Part shown: positions 24,367 to 37,020 of the stretch, one piece after another | Layout: every line of letters begins with the position of its first letter | Position numbering within the stretch: the first letter of the stretch is position 1 | NCBI RefSeq assembly: GCF_963921235.1 | Contig: NC_086097.1 | Location: 241,616,001 to 241,680,000 of the forward strand | Origin: Mobula hypostoma | Lineage: Eukaryota | Length of the DNA: 64,000 nt | Reading direction: 5' to 3' | The notes under the pieces: generated by a model | The model's database searches: none | What the model was told of the DNA's origin: nothing | The model's input: the letters and a program-made list of their open reading frames with translations, nothing else | Position numbers and translations under genes: made by a program

Positions 24367-24883
24367 GTTGAATGATCAGCCATGATCATACTGAATGGCA
24401 GTGCAGGCTCAAAGGGCCGAATGGCCTACTCGTTCACCTATTTTCTATGTTTCTATGTTTGAAACTGCTTATTATCCAAATACTGATGTGTACACCTGGT
24501 CTGCAAGGATTTCATACGTATTATCCAATGTCTCGTGTTCTTGCAACTGTCTCTTTGGCACCTAGCTAACGTGAAATGTTTCCTATGAAAAATCTCACTG
24601 TCCTATCCACTGCTTCAATTGACAATAAAGATAATCGTTATGTATTCTTTTCCCTTTCGGTAAGATGGCAGTGAGCTTGGTCGCAGCGGCTTTCCTGCGT
24701 CCAAAAAACATGCAAGTGTTTGCCTTAAATGTTCTTCTTGTGATTACAAGACCCTGTTGGACTTTGGTAATACAAAATACGGCAAGTCTGGTTCATTGCT
24801 TCATTAGCAAGGTCGATGGTGGGGGAGCCGTGTGGCCTCGGTTGTTACACAGACCTGACCCTCATGCTGCTGCATTTCCACCC

Positions 24884-25072
24884 AGAGGAGGAGGTGATGG
24901 AGGCAGTGTGGGAGAGAGGAGGAGGTTATGGAGGCAGTGTGGGAGAGAGGAGGAGGTGATGGAGGCAGTGTGGGAGAGAGGAGGAGGTGATAGAGGCAGT
25001 GTGGGAGAGAGGAGGAGGCGATGGAGGCAGTGTGGGAGAGAGGAGGAGGTGATGGAGGCAGTGTGGGAGAGA
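24884..25072. repeat. Minisatellite, about 6 x 31 bp (gaggaggaggtgatggaggcagtgtgggaga)
   Basis: 'aggcagtgtg' recurs at 24901, 24932, 24963, 24994, 25025 and 25056. Confidence 0.95.
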
Positions 25073-25431
25073 AACGGAAGTGTGGCAGGCACACTGGAAT
25101 CCGTGCTGGATCGAGGCCTGGCACTTGAGGGTGCTGCTCTCCAGTGTTCACTCACTGGAAGGCAAGCTGGTTTGCTTTCATGTGCGGCTTACCCAGAGCG
25201 CAATGAGGAACATCAGCACACTTAATCTTGCAGAAATGTGGCACCAGGACAACATCACATGCACCATCAAGCTTCAGGCTTTGCCACTCAGGAACTTGGA
25301 CTAATATTATTTTGTGACTTTATGTGCTATCGTACACTATATATGTTGTGTGCAACTGTATGTACTATATGTTATATCTTAGCCCTAGAGGAATGCTGTT
25401 TCATTAAGCTGTATACATGTGTGTGCGTTGT

Positions 25432-25728
25432 GTTGGCGCGTGACCAAGTGGTTAAGGTGTTCATCTAGTGATCTGACGGTCGTTAGTTCGAGCCTTGACT
25501 GAGGCAACGTGTTGTGTCCTTGAGCAAGGCACTTAACCACACATTGCTCTGCGCCGACACCGGTGCCAAGCTCTATGGGTCCTAATGCCCTTCCCTTGGG
25601 CAACATTGGTGGCGTGGAGAGGGGAGATTTGCAGCATGGGCAACTGCTGGTCTTCCATACCACCTTGCCCAGGCCCATGGATTCCAAGGTGCAAATCCAT
25701 GGTCTCTCGAGACTAATGGATGCCTATA
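25432..25728 (+). mobile_element. tRNA-derived SINE
   Basis: A-box-like TGGCGCGTGACCAAGTGG, B-box GTTCGAGCC, CORE-like 'tgtgtccttgagcaaggcacttaacc'; second copy at 46514-46800 (-). Confidence 0.75.
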
Positions 25729-27020
25729 TATACATGTGTGTGGTTGAATGACAATTAAACTTGAAGTTAACTTTTCATGATGGGTGGGGTTTAATGAATC
25801 AAGGGGCAGCACTACATGAGAGAGCCATCAAGAATTTTGCCTGTGCCATCTTGGGCACGTGTGCCATAGGTTCGCCACACCTGCTGTAAAGCAATTATCG
25901 CCCTGCTTTAACCATGAGTCAGATACCAGAGGAAATAAAATGACAAACCTGCTTTATAATGGAACAACAAATCATGAACACAAAAAATTCTGCAAATGCT
26001 GGAAATGCAGAGCAACACATACAAAATATTGGAGGTCAGGCCAGCTTCTTCCCCTCACATTTTCTTTATTCTGGCTTCTTCCATTTCCTTACCAGTCCTG
26101 ATGAAGAGTCTCCGCCCAAAATGTTGACTGTTTATTCCTTTCCATAGACGTTGCCTGACCTGCTGAGTTCCTCCAGCATTTTGTGTGTGCTACTCTGGAT
26201 TTTCAGCATCTGCAGCATGTCTTGTGTTTATGAGAGTTCCTATCTCCACGGAATCTAGGACCAGGCCACAGTTTTAGAGGAGAGATAATATTTTATAATG
26301 GAGATGAAGAGAAACATCTTCACTCAGAGGGTGAGCTCCTCCAGCATTTTGTATGTGTTGCTGTGTAATTACATTTTATCATAGACTATCTTAAGCCTCC
26401 GTGAGACTTTTTGAAAGCAGGAGGAAGCCTCATTTTTATTTGGGTAGATCAAATTAACAATAGAGAAATGATAGGCTTACTAGATGAAATATAGTATCTT
26501 ATTTATAGTAAGTATTTTTATCAAAATCTCTGAATAGATAAAATAAGCATTGAAATCCGATGCTAAGTTATGCTTTTAAAGAAAATTTTACAAGCCAACA
26601 TTTTTCTCTTAATCTTAGCTGGTAACATATGTTAGCTCGCCAACCTGATCTCTTCCTTTGAAGATACCATTTGCTTTCATTTCCTTCTGATAACTCAACT
26701 CAGGCTCAGGGCTCAGTTCAAACCATTTAAATGCTTTGCTGTTTTGGATTATTCATAACGGAGTGTCAAGTACAAAAATGATTGGCACTTAACTTTTTTT
26801 TAAAAAAGCCATAGCATCTGCATTTGTTCTAGGCTTGTTGAGTGGTTTACCTTGGCACTAGCTCTCACTAGTAGCAAACCACCAACACCAGTCACTGCGT
26901 TCACCGTCCACTGATGCTGGTTAACTGGACAAAGGTGGGAGAATTGATTCCACTCCATTCCCCGCTGTAATCAATCCTGACAGCTGTGGAGGCTAAGACC
27001 ATGGGTATATTTAAAGCGAG

Positions 27021-27576
27021 TAGCCACACATTTTAATTCCACATCCCATTCCCATTCTGAAATGTCTATCCACGGCCTCCTCTACTGTAAAGATGAAGTC
27101 GCACTCAGGTTGGAGGAACAACACCTTATATTCCGTCTCGGTAGCCTCCAACCTGATGGCATGAACATTGACTTCTCTAACTTCCGCTAATGCCCCACTT
27201 CCCCCTCGTACCCCATCCGTTATTTATTTATATACACACATTCTTTCTCTCACTCTCCTTTTTCTCCCTCTGTCCCTCTGAATATACCCCTTGCCCATCC
27301 TCTTGGTTCCCCCCCCCTTGTCTTTCTTCCCGGACCTCCTGTCCCATGATCCTCTCATATTCCTTTTGCCAATCAACTGTCCAGCTCTTGGCTCCATCCC
27401 TCCCCCTCCTGTCTTCTCCTATCATTTTGGATCTCCCCCTCCCACTTTCAAATCTCTTACTAACTCTTCCTTCAGTTAGTCCTGATGAAGGGTCTCGGCC
27501 TGAAACATCGACTGTACCTCTTCCTAGAGATGCTGCTTGGCCTGCTGCGTTCACCAGCAACTTCTATGTGTGTTGC
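27021..27576 (+). mobile_element. 5'-truncated Penelope-like element inserted in a CR1 3' fragment
   Basis: GIY-YIG C-terminus (ATHFNSTSHSH...GSLQPDGMNIDFSNFR*); TSD TTAAAGCGAG at 27011-27020 and 27577-27586. Confidence 0.9.
27478..27513 (+). ncRNA. Minimal type I hammerhead ribozyme motif
   Basis: agtc-CTGATGA-agggtctcggcct-GAAA-catc-gact. Confidence 0.7.
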
Positions 27577-28401
27577 TTAAAGCGAGAATTGTTAGTTTCC
27601 TGATTGATCAGGGCATCAATGGTTATGGTGAGAAGGCAGGTGTATGGGGTTGAGTGGGATCTGGAACCAGTCATGATGAAATGGCAGAGCAAACTCAATG
27701 GGTTGAACAGCCTAATTCTGCTCCCATCTCTTACAGTCTTATGGTTTGCCCAGAGGGGATTGGTTCATACCTCTTCTATTCATGTAACTATCTAAACTTC
27801 TCTTAAATGTTACAATTGAACATACATCCACTGCTTCTGCTAGCAGCTCATTCCATACTCACCCGCCCACCCTCTGAAATATTTAATTGGAGGCCCCACC
27901 ATCCAAGTAGGAACTGAAATGCTGTAGGCTTTACAGAGGTCTGGAAATCCTGCCGCTAACATATCGCAAGGAAGTAAGGGAAAGAATCAGCCATGAGTCC
28001 TCTCAAGCCTGCCCCACCATTCAGTAAGGATCATGACTGATCCATCCCAGTTCTCAACCCTTCTTCTGTGCCAATCCCAGCAGCCCACAATCCACCAATC
28101 TTTCCAATATGCATCAACCTCCATTTCAAATACTTCCAATGATCTAAACACCAAACTCTCGGGGGTAAAGCACTCTGGAGAGTCACTACTCTCCGCAGCA
28201 AGGGTTACCGACCCTTGGAAAGTACCTCATTTTTTGAGCGGTCCATGAACCCGTGAAGATCATCTCATTATCTGTGTTTCGCACAATCTATTTTTTTAAC
28301 TATTGTTGATTTTTATGTCTTACACTGTACTGCCGCTACAAAAATAAAAATTTTCACAAGATATGTCAGTGATATATATCCAGTGATATATATTATGTTA
28401 A

Positions 28402-28834
28402 TTCCGGGCTGACCGGAAGTGCACTGAGAGTGGTAAGCGTAAAGGAGTTGGGTGCTTACTGTTCTGGTTAACAACAAATGGTGCAATCCGGGTCATATTA
28501 CGATCGAGGAACGTGTTTGTAGACCAGATATTGAACTTTTTGCTGTTGGACTTCGGCCATTATCCACCGAGATACAACACTGGGCGGCACGGGAGGTCAT
28601 TCCTGCCTGTGGCCATCGAATGTGCAGCTCCTCCCGTGGAGGGTCAGACACCCTGAGCCAATAGACTGGTCCTGGACTTATTTTCCATCTAGCATAGTTT
28701 GCATTTTGTTGTTTGATTGTTTGTGGTTTTTGTATTGCTATAATTATGCTCTATTCTTGGTTGGTGCGGCTGTAACGAAACCCAATTTCCCTGGGGATCA
28801 ATAAAGTATATCTATCTATCTATCTATCTATCTA
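28402..28834 (+). mobile_element. Internally deleted Rex1/Babar-type LINE with (TATC)n tail
   Basis: Endonuclease-like piece (VLVNNKWCNPGHITIEERVCRPDIELFAVGLRP) joined to a 3' end with AATAAA and (TATC)n. Confidence 0.55.
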
Positions 28835-30221
28835 TGATAGTAAACCCAATTCTAATTCTGATTTTGAAGGGGATGAACGGAGGCGACAGCTTCAATTTCC
28901 ATTAGAGCAAAATTCAAAGTATATTTATTATCAAAGTTCGTATACATTATACAACCTTGAGAGTCGTATCCTTACATACAGCCACAAAACAAGGAAATCT
29001 CAAAAGAACCAAGTAAAAAAAACAGACACACAAACACCCAATGCACAGAGACAAGAAGGCAAATAGCTACAGAGTTGAAGTTTTATTAAAGACACGAAGC
29101 CAGGCATCACGGCAGCTAGAGTAGGCCACGGCAAAGCCAAGTAAACATTGCGAGACCACAGACTGGAAGAGCAGCACCTTTTCCAGTATTTCTCATGTTT
29201 CAGGGGCATTCCCAATCCTCAGTCTCAAATTTCCAATAGACCACCAAAGGAGTGCTACATTGACCAAAGAAAATTCCTTGGGCTCTCCATGGCTGTAAGT
29301 TGCTCTACATGAATGCAAGTAAGTTTTCTTATAAAAACATTTTAGCTTCTGAATGTTAAGACATTCAGCTATCAAGGATAACAATTAGGAGAAACTTTGT
29401 GGTAAATCTTGGAGGGCCATGGAGGCTCTGTAACTGATCGCATTCAGAAATCCAAAAATTAGATCAGTCCCCGATTAGGGAGTTCGTACAGAAAAGTATC
29501 AATTAGGTCAATGATGATGTTATTCAGTGAGCGGGATAGCACAAGGAACCGAATGGCTTAATCCAGGTTTTACTTCTTATGTTAATATTGATCACTGTCC
29601 TCTCTCATCTCCAATTGTATCTCCATCCAATCTCCTAGCTAACCACAAAGATCTCCTACCTTTCTTCCACCTGCCTCCCTTGGGAAGAGAGACTTAGCAG
29701 CCTGTTTCTATGGCTCATTAAGAGATAATGAACACATAGCACAGTTCTAATAATTATTTCTCAGTTGATTAATTAACAACACAAAGTAGTTGGACAGTCC
29801 TTGTGTAGTGTATTTAATATTTCGGAAGTATTTGAGCAATATTGTAAATTATTTGATTAAATATTGTTTGCTGGTTTATAAAATTCATTATGGGTTAGAG
29901 TCATAGTGTCAGAGAAAAGCATAATACAGTAACAGGCCTTTCTGCCCATCTAGTCTGTTCTGAACTATTTAACCTGTCTAGTCCCATTGACCTGCACGTG
30001 AACCAACACCCTCCATATTCCTACTATCCATGTACTGATCTAAACTTCTCTTAAACGTTGAAATCAAGATCGCATGCACCACTTGTGCCAGCAGCATGTC
30101 CCACACTCTCACCACCCTCATGTTCCAGTTTCTAGTGATGCACGAAAATGCACAAACTTGTGTGCATTCATGTAGAGCAACTAATAGCCATAGAGAGCCC
30201 AAGGAATTTTCTTTAGTTAGA

Positions 30222-33200
30222 TGTGCTAGCGAGTGCAAGAGTAGCATGATCAGGTGTATTAATGTGTGGCTGAGGAACTGGTGTAGGGGGCAGGGCTTTA
30301 GGTTCCTGGATCATTTGGGGCCTCTTCTGGGGGAGGTATGACCTGTACAGAAAGGACGGGTTACACCTGAACCCAAAGGGGTCCAATATCCTGGCGGGCA
30401 CATTTCATAGGGCTGTTAGGGAGGGTTTAAGCTAATTTGGCAGGGAGATGGGAACCAGAGTGATAGGGTTGAGGAAGGGGAAAACAGAAATAAATCAAAG
30501 ATAGCGTGCAACAGAGATTATAGAAAGAACACGCAAGAGATGAGGCTTAATCACAGCCAGTGGCATGAGTTACAGGGCAATAGAGGCGTGGTGCAGTTAA
30601 AACAGAAAGCAACAAATACTGGACTGAGAGTGTTGTATTTGAATGCATCCAGCATAAGGAATAAGATGGACAATCTTGAAATTCAGCTACAGATTGGCAA
30701 ATATGACGTTGTGGCCATCTCTGAAACTTGGCTAAAGGACAGCTGCCATTGGGTGCTGAACGTCCAAGGATATACGGTGTATTAGAAAGATAGGTTAGTA
30801 GGCAGAGGGGCTGGTGTGGCTCTGTATATAAGAAATAATATTAAATCAGTAGAAAGAGATGACATAGGATTGGAAGGTGTAGAACCTCTAGAGGCTGAGT
30901 TAAGAAATGGCAAGGGTAAAAGGACCCTAACGGCAGTTGTATACAGGCCTCTAAACAGCAGCCGGGATGTGGATTACAAATTACAGCTGGAGATAGAAAA
31001 GGCACGTCAGAAGGGCAATGTCATGATAATCGTTGGGGATTTTAACATGAAAGTGGATTGGGAAACTAGGCCAGTACTGGACCTCAAGAGAGTGAAATTG
31101 TAGAATGTCCGAGGGCTGGCTTTTTAGAACAGCTTGTTGTTGAGCCCACTAGGGGATTGGCTGTGCGTGATTAGATGTTGTGCAATGATCCAGAGGTGAT
31201 AAGAGAGCATAAGTTTAAGGAACCCTTAGGGAACAGTGATCACAATATGATTGAGTTCACTTTGAAATTTGAGAGGGAAAAAATAAAATCTAATGCGTCG
31301 GTATTTCAGTGGAATAAAGGAAATTACAATGGCATGAGAGGGGAACTGGTGGAAATTGACTGGAAAGGGACATTTGCAGGAAGGACAGCAGAGCAGCAAC
31401 AGCTGAAGTTTCTGCGAAAAATGAGGGAAGTGCAAGACAGGTATATTACAGGTAAGAAGAAATTTTCAAAGGGAGGAAGGACACGACCATGGCTGACAAG
31501 TGAAGTCAGAGCCAAAGTAAAAGCAAAAGACAGGGTATACAAGGAAGTCAGAGCTAGTGGGAAGATAGAGGATTGGGAAGCTTGTAAAAACTTGCAGAAA
31601 GAAACTAAGAAGGTCATTAGGAAGGAAAAGATGATTTATGAAAGGAAACTGGTGACTAATATCAAAGAAAATACTAGAAGTTTTTTTAAGTACACAAAGG
31701 GTAAAAGAGAATGGAGGATAGATATAAAATGACGCTGGAGATATTGTAATGAGAGATACAGAGATGGCAGAGGAACTGAATGTGTATTTTGCATCAGTCT
31801 TCACAGTGGAAGATGTTTGCAGTACACCGGGCATTCAAGAGTGTCAGGGAAGTGAAGTTTGTGCAGTGAAAATTACGACTGAGAAAGTGCTCAGGAAGTT
31901 TAATGGTCTGAGGGTGGATAAATCTCCTGGACCTGATGGAATGCACCCTCGGGTTCTGAAGGAAGTAGCTGGAGAGAATGCGGAGGCATTAACAATGATC
32001 TTTCAAGAATCAATAGATTCTGGCATTGTACCGGATGACTGAAAAATTACAAATGTTACTCCACTATTCAAGAAGGGTAGGAGGCAGCAGAAAGGAAACT
32101 ATAGACCTGTTAGCCTGACATCAGTGGTTGGGAATTTGTTGGAATCAATTGTTAGGGATGAGATTACGGAGTACCTGGGGGAACATGACAAGATAGGCCA
32201 GAGCCAGCATGGTTTCCTGAAAGGAAAATCCTGCCTGACTAATCTACTGCAATTCTTTGAGGAAATTACAAGCAGGGTAGACAAAGGAGATGCAGTAGAT
32301 GTGATGTATTTGGATTTTCAGAAGGCTTTTGACAAGGTGCCGCACATGAGGCTGCTTAGCAAGATAAGATCCCATGGAATTACAGGGAAGTTACTAACAT
32401 GGGTGGAGCATTGGCTGGTCAGCAGAAAATGGAGAGTGGGAATAAAGGGATCCTATTCTGGCTGGCTGCTGGTTACCAGTGGAGTTCCACAGGGATTGGT
32501 GTTGGGACCGCTGCTTTTTATGATGTATGTCAATGATTTGGACAATGGTATTAATGGATTTGTGGCTAAATTTGCCAATGATACAAAGATAGGTGGAGGA
32601 GCGGGTAGTGTTGAGGAAACAGAGAGCCTGCAGAGAGAGTTAGATAGTTTAGGGGAATGGTCAAAGAAATGGCAAATGAAATACAATGCTGGAAAGTGTA
32701 TGATCGTACACTTTGGTGGGAGAAATAAACAGGCAGACTATTATTTAGATGGGGAGAGAATTCAAAATGCAGAGTTACAAAGGGACTTGGGAGTCCTTGT
32801 GCAAGATACCCTAAAGGTTAACCTCCAGGTTGAGTCAGTTGTGAAGAAGGTGAAGGCAATGTTGGCATTCATTTATAGAGGTATAGAATATAAGAGCAGG
32901 GAACACACATAAAAGTTGCTAGTGAACGCAGCAGGCCAGGCAGCATCTCTAGGAAGAGGTGCAGTCGGCGTTTCAGGCTGAGACCCTTCGTCAGGACAGC
33001 AGGGATGTGATGTTGAGGCTCTATAAGGCACTTGTGAGACCACACTTGGAGTATTGTGTGCAGTTTTGGGCTCCTTATTTTAGAAAGAATATACTGACGT
33101 TGGAGAGGGTTCAGAGAAGATTCATGAGAATGATTCCAGATATGAGGAATGTCTGGCAGCTCTTGGGCCCTATTCCCTGGAGTTCAGGAGAATGAGGGGG

Positions 33201-33596
33201 GATCTCATAGAAACATTCCGAATGTTAAAAGGCCTGAACAGATTAGATATGGCAAAGTTATTGCCCATGGTAGGGGATTCTAGGACAAGAGGGCAGGACT
33301 TCAGGATTGAAGGGCGTCCATTTAGTACTGAGGTGTGGAGAAATCACTTTAGTCAGAGGGTGATAAATCTGTGGAATTTGTTGCCAAGAGCAGCTGTGGA
33401 GGCCAAGTCATTGGGTGTACTTAAGGCAGAGATAGATAGGTTCTTGATTAGCCAGGGCATCAAAGGGTATGGGGTGAACGCAAAGGAGTGGGGATGACTG
33501 GAAGAATTGGATCAGCCCATGATTGAACGGCGGAGCAGACTCGATGGGCTGACTGGCCTACCTCTGCTCCTATATCTCATGGTCTTATGGTCTTAT
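30222..33596 (+). mobile_element. Large degenerate CR1 (ORF1 3' end, ORF2, (TCTTATGG)n tail)
   Basis: KDGLHLN, YLNASSIRNK, GDFN, NSDHN, YLDFQKAFDKV; many stops and frameshifts. Confidence 0.9.
32903..32997 (-). mobile_element. 95-bp Penelope-derived mini-insertion carrying a hammerhead motif
   Basis: TSD AGCAGGGA at 32895-32902 and 32998-33005, inside CR1 ORF2. Confidence 0.85.
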
Positions 33597-34626
33597 TTCA
33601 AGGAATAAAGTCTAACCTATTCAACCTTTCCTTATATCTCAGGTCCTCCAGACGCATCAACATCTCTGTAAGAAGTAAAATGTAAGAAGCACGTGAATGG
33701 CGTATGTCATTTTGCCATCATGTCGTATGTGTGCACTTCACTAAATAAAAACTAAGTAGACACGCTTTCCCGGCTCCTGTATTTTTCTTTCAGTTAGTTT
33801 CTGGAGGTACAAAATATACACCTTAAATTATTGTTTTTGCACCTTTAACGATGAGTAAAATTGCCCGCTGTATTTTCCTACCAAGACAATCCTTTAGGTA
33901 CTTTGGACGGATAAGATAAAGTGCATTTTCTCCAAATCATACAATCCATGAAGCTGAGGCTTGGCCCGAGACAACGAAGGTTTTGTTAGCATCAATCAGC
34001 AGTATGCCAGATATATAAAAAATTTCCTAGACGTGACTCCTAGAGCTTATTCCTGGATGAAACAGGTAACAAAACAAACATGCCTTCCCGTTAATTTCAA
34101 TGAAAATTTAAAATCACCGCTGTCTGCAAACTGTTAGTTAAAAAAGTCATGTTTATATTTAGATGTACTAAAACACTACTAGCATTGCACCCATGCCAGT
34201 GTTAATCACAATCACCAAACTTACAGCTAAGTTTAGAAGGGCATTTATTCATTTCAGTAAATGCTTCTTCAAATTGACATCATCTTAAAACTTTCTTTCC
34301 CAGACAGTTAATCTGATCAGGCATTCTTGTCGGTCGCCCTCACCCCATGCCCCTCTGTCTATTAACCCCATCATTGCTCTGCACTGTAAACAATTCAAAA
34401 CGCTTTTAATAATGCTGTTTACATTGTAAATACATGCTGGCATTTATACGTATTTTATTCTGCATCCATACTTTTAACTTCATTTTTATACAACTCTTTA
34501 TTCTTTATAATTCTTTATAATTGTTGAATATAACCCCAACCAACACACTACAGCAAATTCTTAATACAGATGAATGTATATGGTGTATAAAGTTGATCCT
34601 GGGTCGTTGATCAGCCAATATATATA

Positions 34627-34728
34627 CAAACAACAGGAATTCTGCAGATGCTGGAAATTCAAGCAACATACATCAAAGTTGCCGGTGAACGCAGCAGGCC
34701 AAGCAGCATCTATAGGAAGAGGCGCAGT
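34627..34728 (-). mobile_element. Penelope terminal-repeat fragment
   Basis: Near-identical to 16647-16745; homology stops within hammerhead stem I. Confidence 0.8.
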
Positions 34729-35418
34729 AAATCGAGATTTTGACTCAATAACATTCAGGGTTTTTCTTCTACCCCTGGGGAGCCAGAATCTGTAGCAAAA
34801 TATAGCAAATTGCTGCGGGTCCAATCATCCCAAGTAACTCAGACATTAGAAATGAGTCAACTAGCCACTGAAGCAAGATTACAGACAGGGAAATCCCTTC
34901 AAATGGTTTGGGGGAAATGTGATCAAAGCTTGGCATTTGATGAATGAGAGACAGAGACGTCATTTCACACTGGAAAATATAATTTCATTCTTAGTCACTG
35001 CTTGGCCAATACAGAACTGCTTGCCAATACCATGGATTGAAACAAAAACTGCATTTTATAGAAGCTCTCCGTAATGTCACTGAGGGACATACTTACACCC
35101 ACTGATCGCTTCATTAGTTATGCCTGAACACCTGCTCATGAATGCAAATATCTAATCAGCCAATCATGCGGCAGCAATTCAGTGCATAAAAGCATGCAGA
35201 CATGGTCAAGAGGTTCAGTTGTTGCTCAGACCAAACAAAAGAGATGAGGAGGAATTTCTTTAGCCAGTAGGTGATGAATCCATGGAATTAATTGCCAAAG
35301 ATGCGGTGGAGGCCAAGTCATTGAGTATATTTAAAGCAGAGATTAATAGGTTCTTGATTAGTAAGGGTGTCAAAGGTTACAGAGCGAAGGCAGGAAAATG
35401 AGGTTGGGACAGGAAATA

Positions 35419-35915
35419 CACTCAGTTGTCACTTTAATTGGTACACCTGCTTATTAATGCAAATATCTAATCAGCCAATCATGTGGCAGCAACTCAATGC
35501 ATAAAAGAAAGCACACATGGTCAAGAGGTTCAGTGTTTAGACCAGACATCAGAATGGGGGAAGAAATGAGATCTAAGTGACTTTGACAGTGGAATGATTG
35601 TTGGTGCCAAACGGGGTGGATTGAGTATCTCAGAAACTGCTGATCTCCTGGGATTTACACGCACACCATCTCCAGGGTTTACAGGGGTGAAAAACAAAAA
35701 AAAATCCAGTGAGTGGCAGCTCTGTGGGCAAAAATGCTTTGTTAATGAGCGAGGTCAGAGAAGAATGGCCAGACTGGTTCAAATTGACAGGAAGGTGACA
35801 GTAACTCAAATAACCACGTGTTACAACAGTAGTCTGCCTCTCTGAATGCACATGTCCAGCAGCAGAAGACCACACCAGTTCCTTTAGCCGTAGCTAATGA
35901 GGCGGTCACTGAGTA
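35419..35915 (+). mobile_element. Internally deleted Tc1/mariner transposon
   Basis: TA-flanked, imperfect TIRs CACTCAGT/ACTGAGTA; transposase HTH remnant DLSDFDSGMIVGAKRGGLSISETADLLGF. Another left-end fragment at about 35095-35235. Confidence 0.8.
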
Positions 35916-37020
35916 TAATCTCATTCTCAGTCACTGCTTGGTCAATACAGAACCTCTTGCCAATATCACTGGCTGAAACAAGAAGTGATTGTTTCTGTGG
36001 TATTTAAGGTCACTGGGGGATATAGTGATTTGCCCATTCTCCACATGACGTGAAAGTGTTAATATTGTCACCGCGCGCATCAGTGAAAAGGAAAAGCCAG
36101 CTCCAATTGGTTGCTGACGCATCTTCTGGCCTTAGCCTGTTGCTTGTGACAGGAATAACAGTGCAATCTTTACTCTCACTATGATACACTGACTTGTACG
36201 CCGCATACAATGAATTGAATACCAGTCTCTGCCGATCACATATGTATTGTGAACAGAGTTTTGGAATGTTTTGCTTCACTTCATCTTAATTGAGAAATCT
36301 GGCACAAAGAGTAAGAGTCAGCAGAGTTATTCACCACTTGCTACCAAGCAGGCATTTAAATTCATTATTTTATTTAGAGATACAGCACGCTTACAGGCCC
36401 TTCCAGCCCAAAGGGTCGTGCCACCCAGTTGCAATTATGTCAGCAATTAGCCTACTAGCCAGTACGTCTTTGCAACGTGGGAGGAAACCCACTCGGTCAC
36501 CGGGAGAACGTACAAACTTTTTACAGACAGCGATGGGAATTGAACCCAGGTCACTGGCATTGTGACAGCGTTTTGCTAACCATTACACTACTTGCCGTCC
36601 TAATGTTAGCACCTGTCCACTCAGAAACTAGGGAATTTTTAACCATGTGAACATTCTTAATTACCAAGTTGGAGTGTTTGTCTTCATCCAAAGCAATCTT
36701 TGAGGCTTAATTATTGAGGATAAACTAAACCATAAAAATAAATTTTCTGCTTCTACCTCCTAGTCTTATTTTCCCTTCTTTTGTATTCTGTGCATGAACT
36801 GATATTGAATTATGATATTCTAAATGATATTTCTTGTATGACTGAGTGAGATTCTTTGGTTATTTGAGACACAATTGGCTTGCCCTGTTCATTCAGGATC
36901 CATGTACCCGGAAGACAGCACCATGCTAGAGTGGGTCTCGTGTAATCGTAGGTTACTGATTGAAAGTTGAGAAGGAATCAGTGAATAATTGGAAGCAAAA
37001 ACAAACAGTTATAGTTCAAT

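Larger units (their letters stand above)
20012..24460 (+). mobile_element. Full-length CR1 LINE (young subfamily)
   Basis: CpG-rich 5'UTR, ORF1, ORF2 (APE+RT), 3'UTR and (TTTCTATG)n tail. The 5' boundary is approximate. Confidence 0.95.

Noticed and set aside
24665..25225. 186-aa ORF with repeats
   Set aside because: Read-through of a stop-free 31-bp minisatellite.
25432..25505. tRNA gene
   Set aside because: tRNA-like head of a SINE with a second copy; no convincing cloverleaf.
33668..33820. Possible small solo LTR (TG...CA with AATAAA)
   Set aside because: No matching TSD and no second copy in the window.
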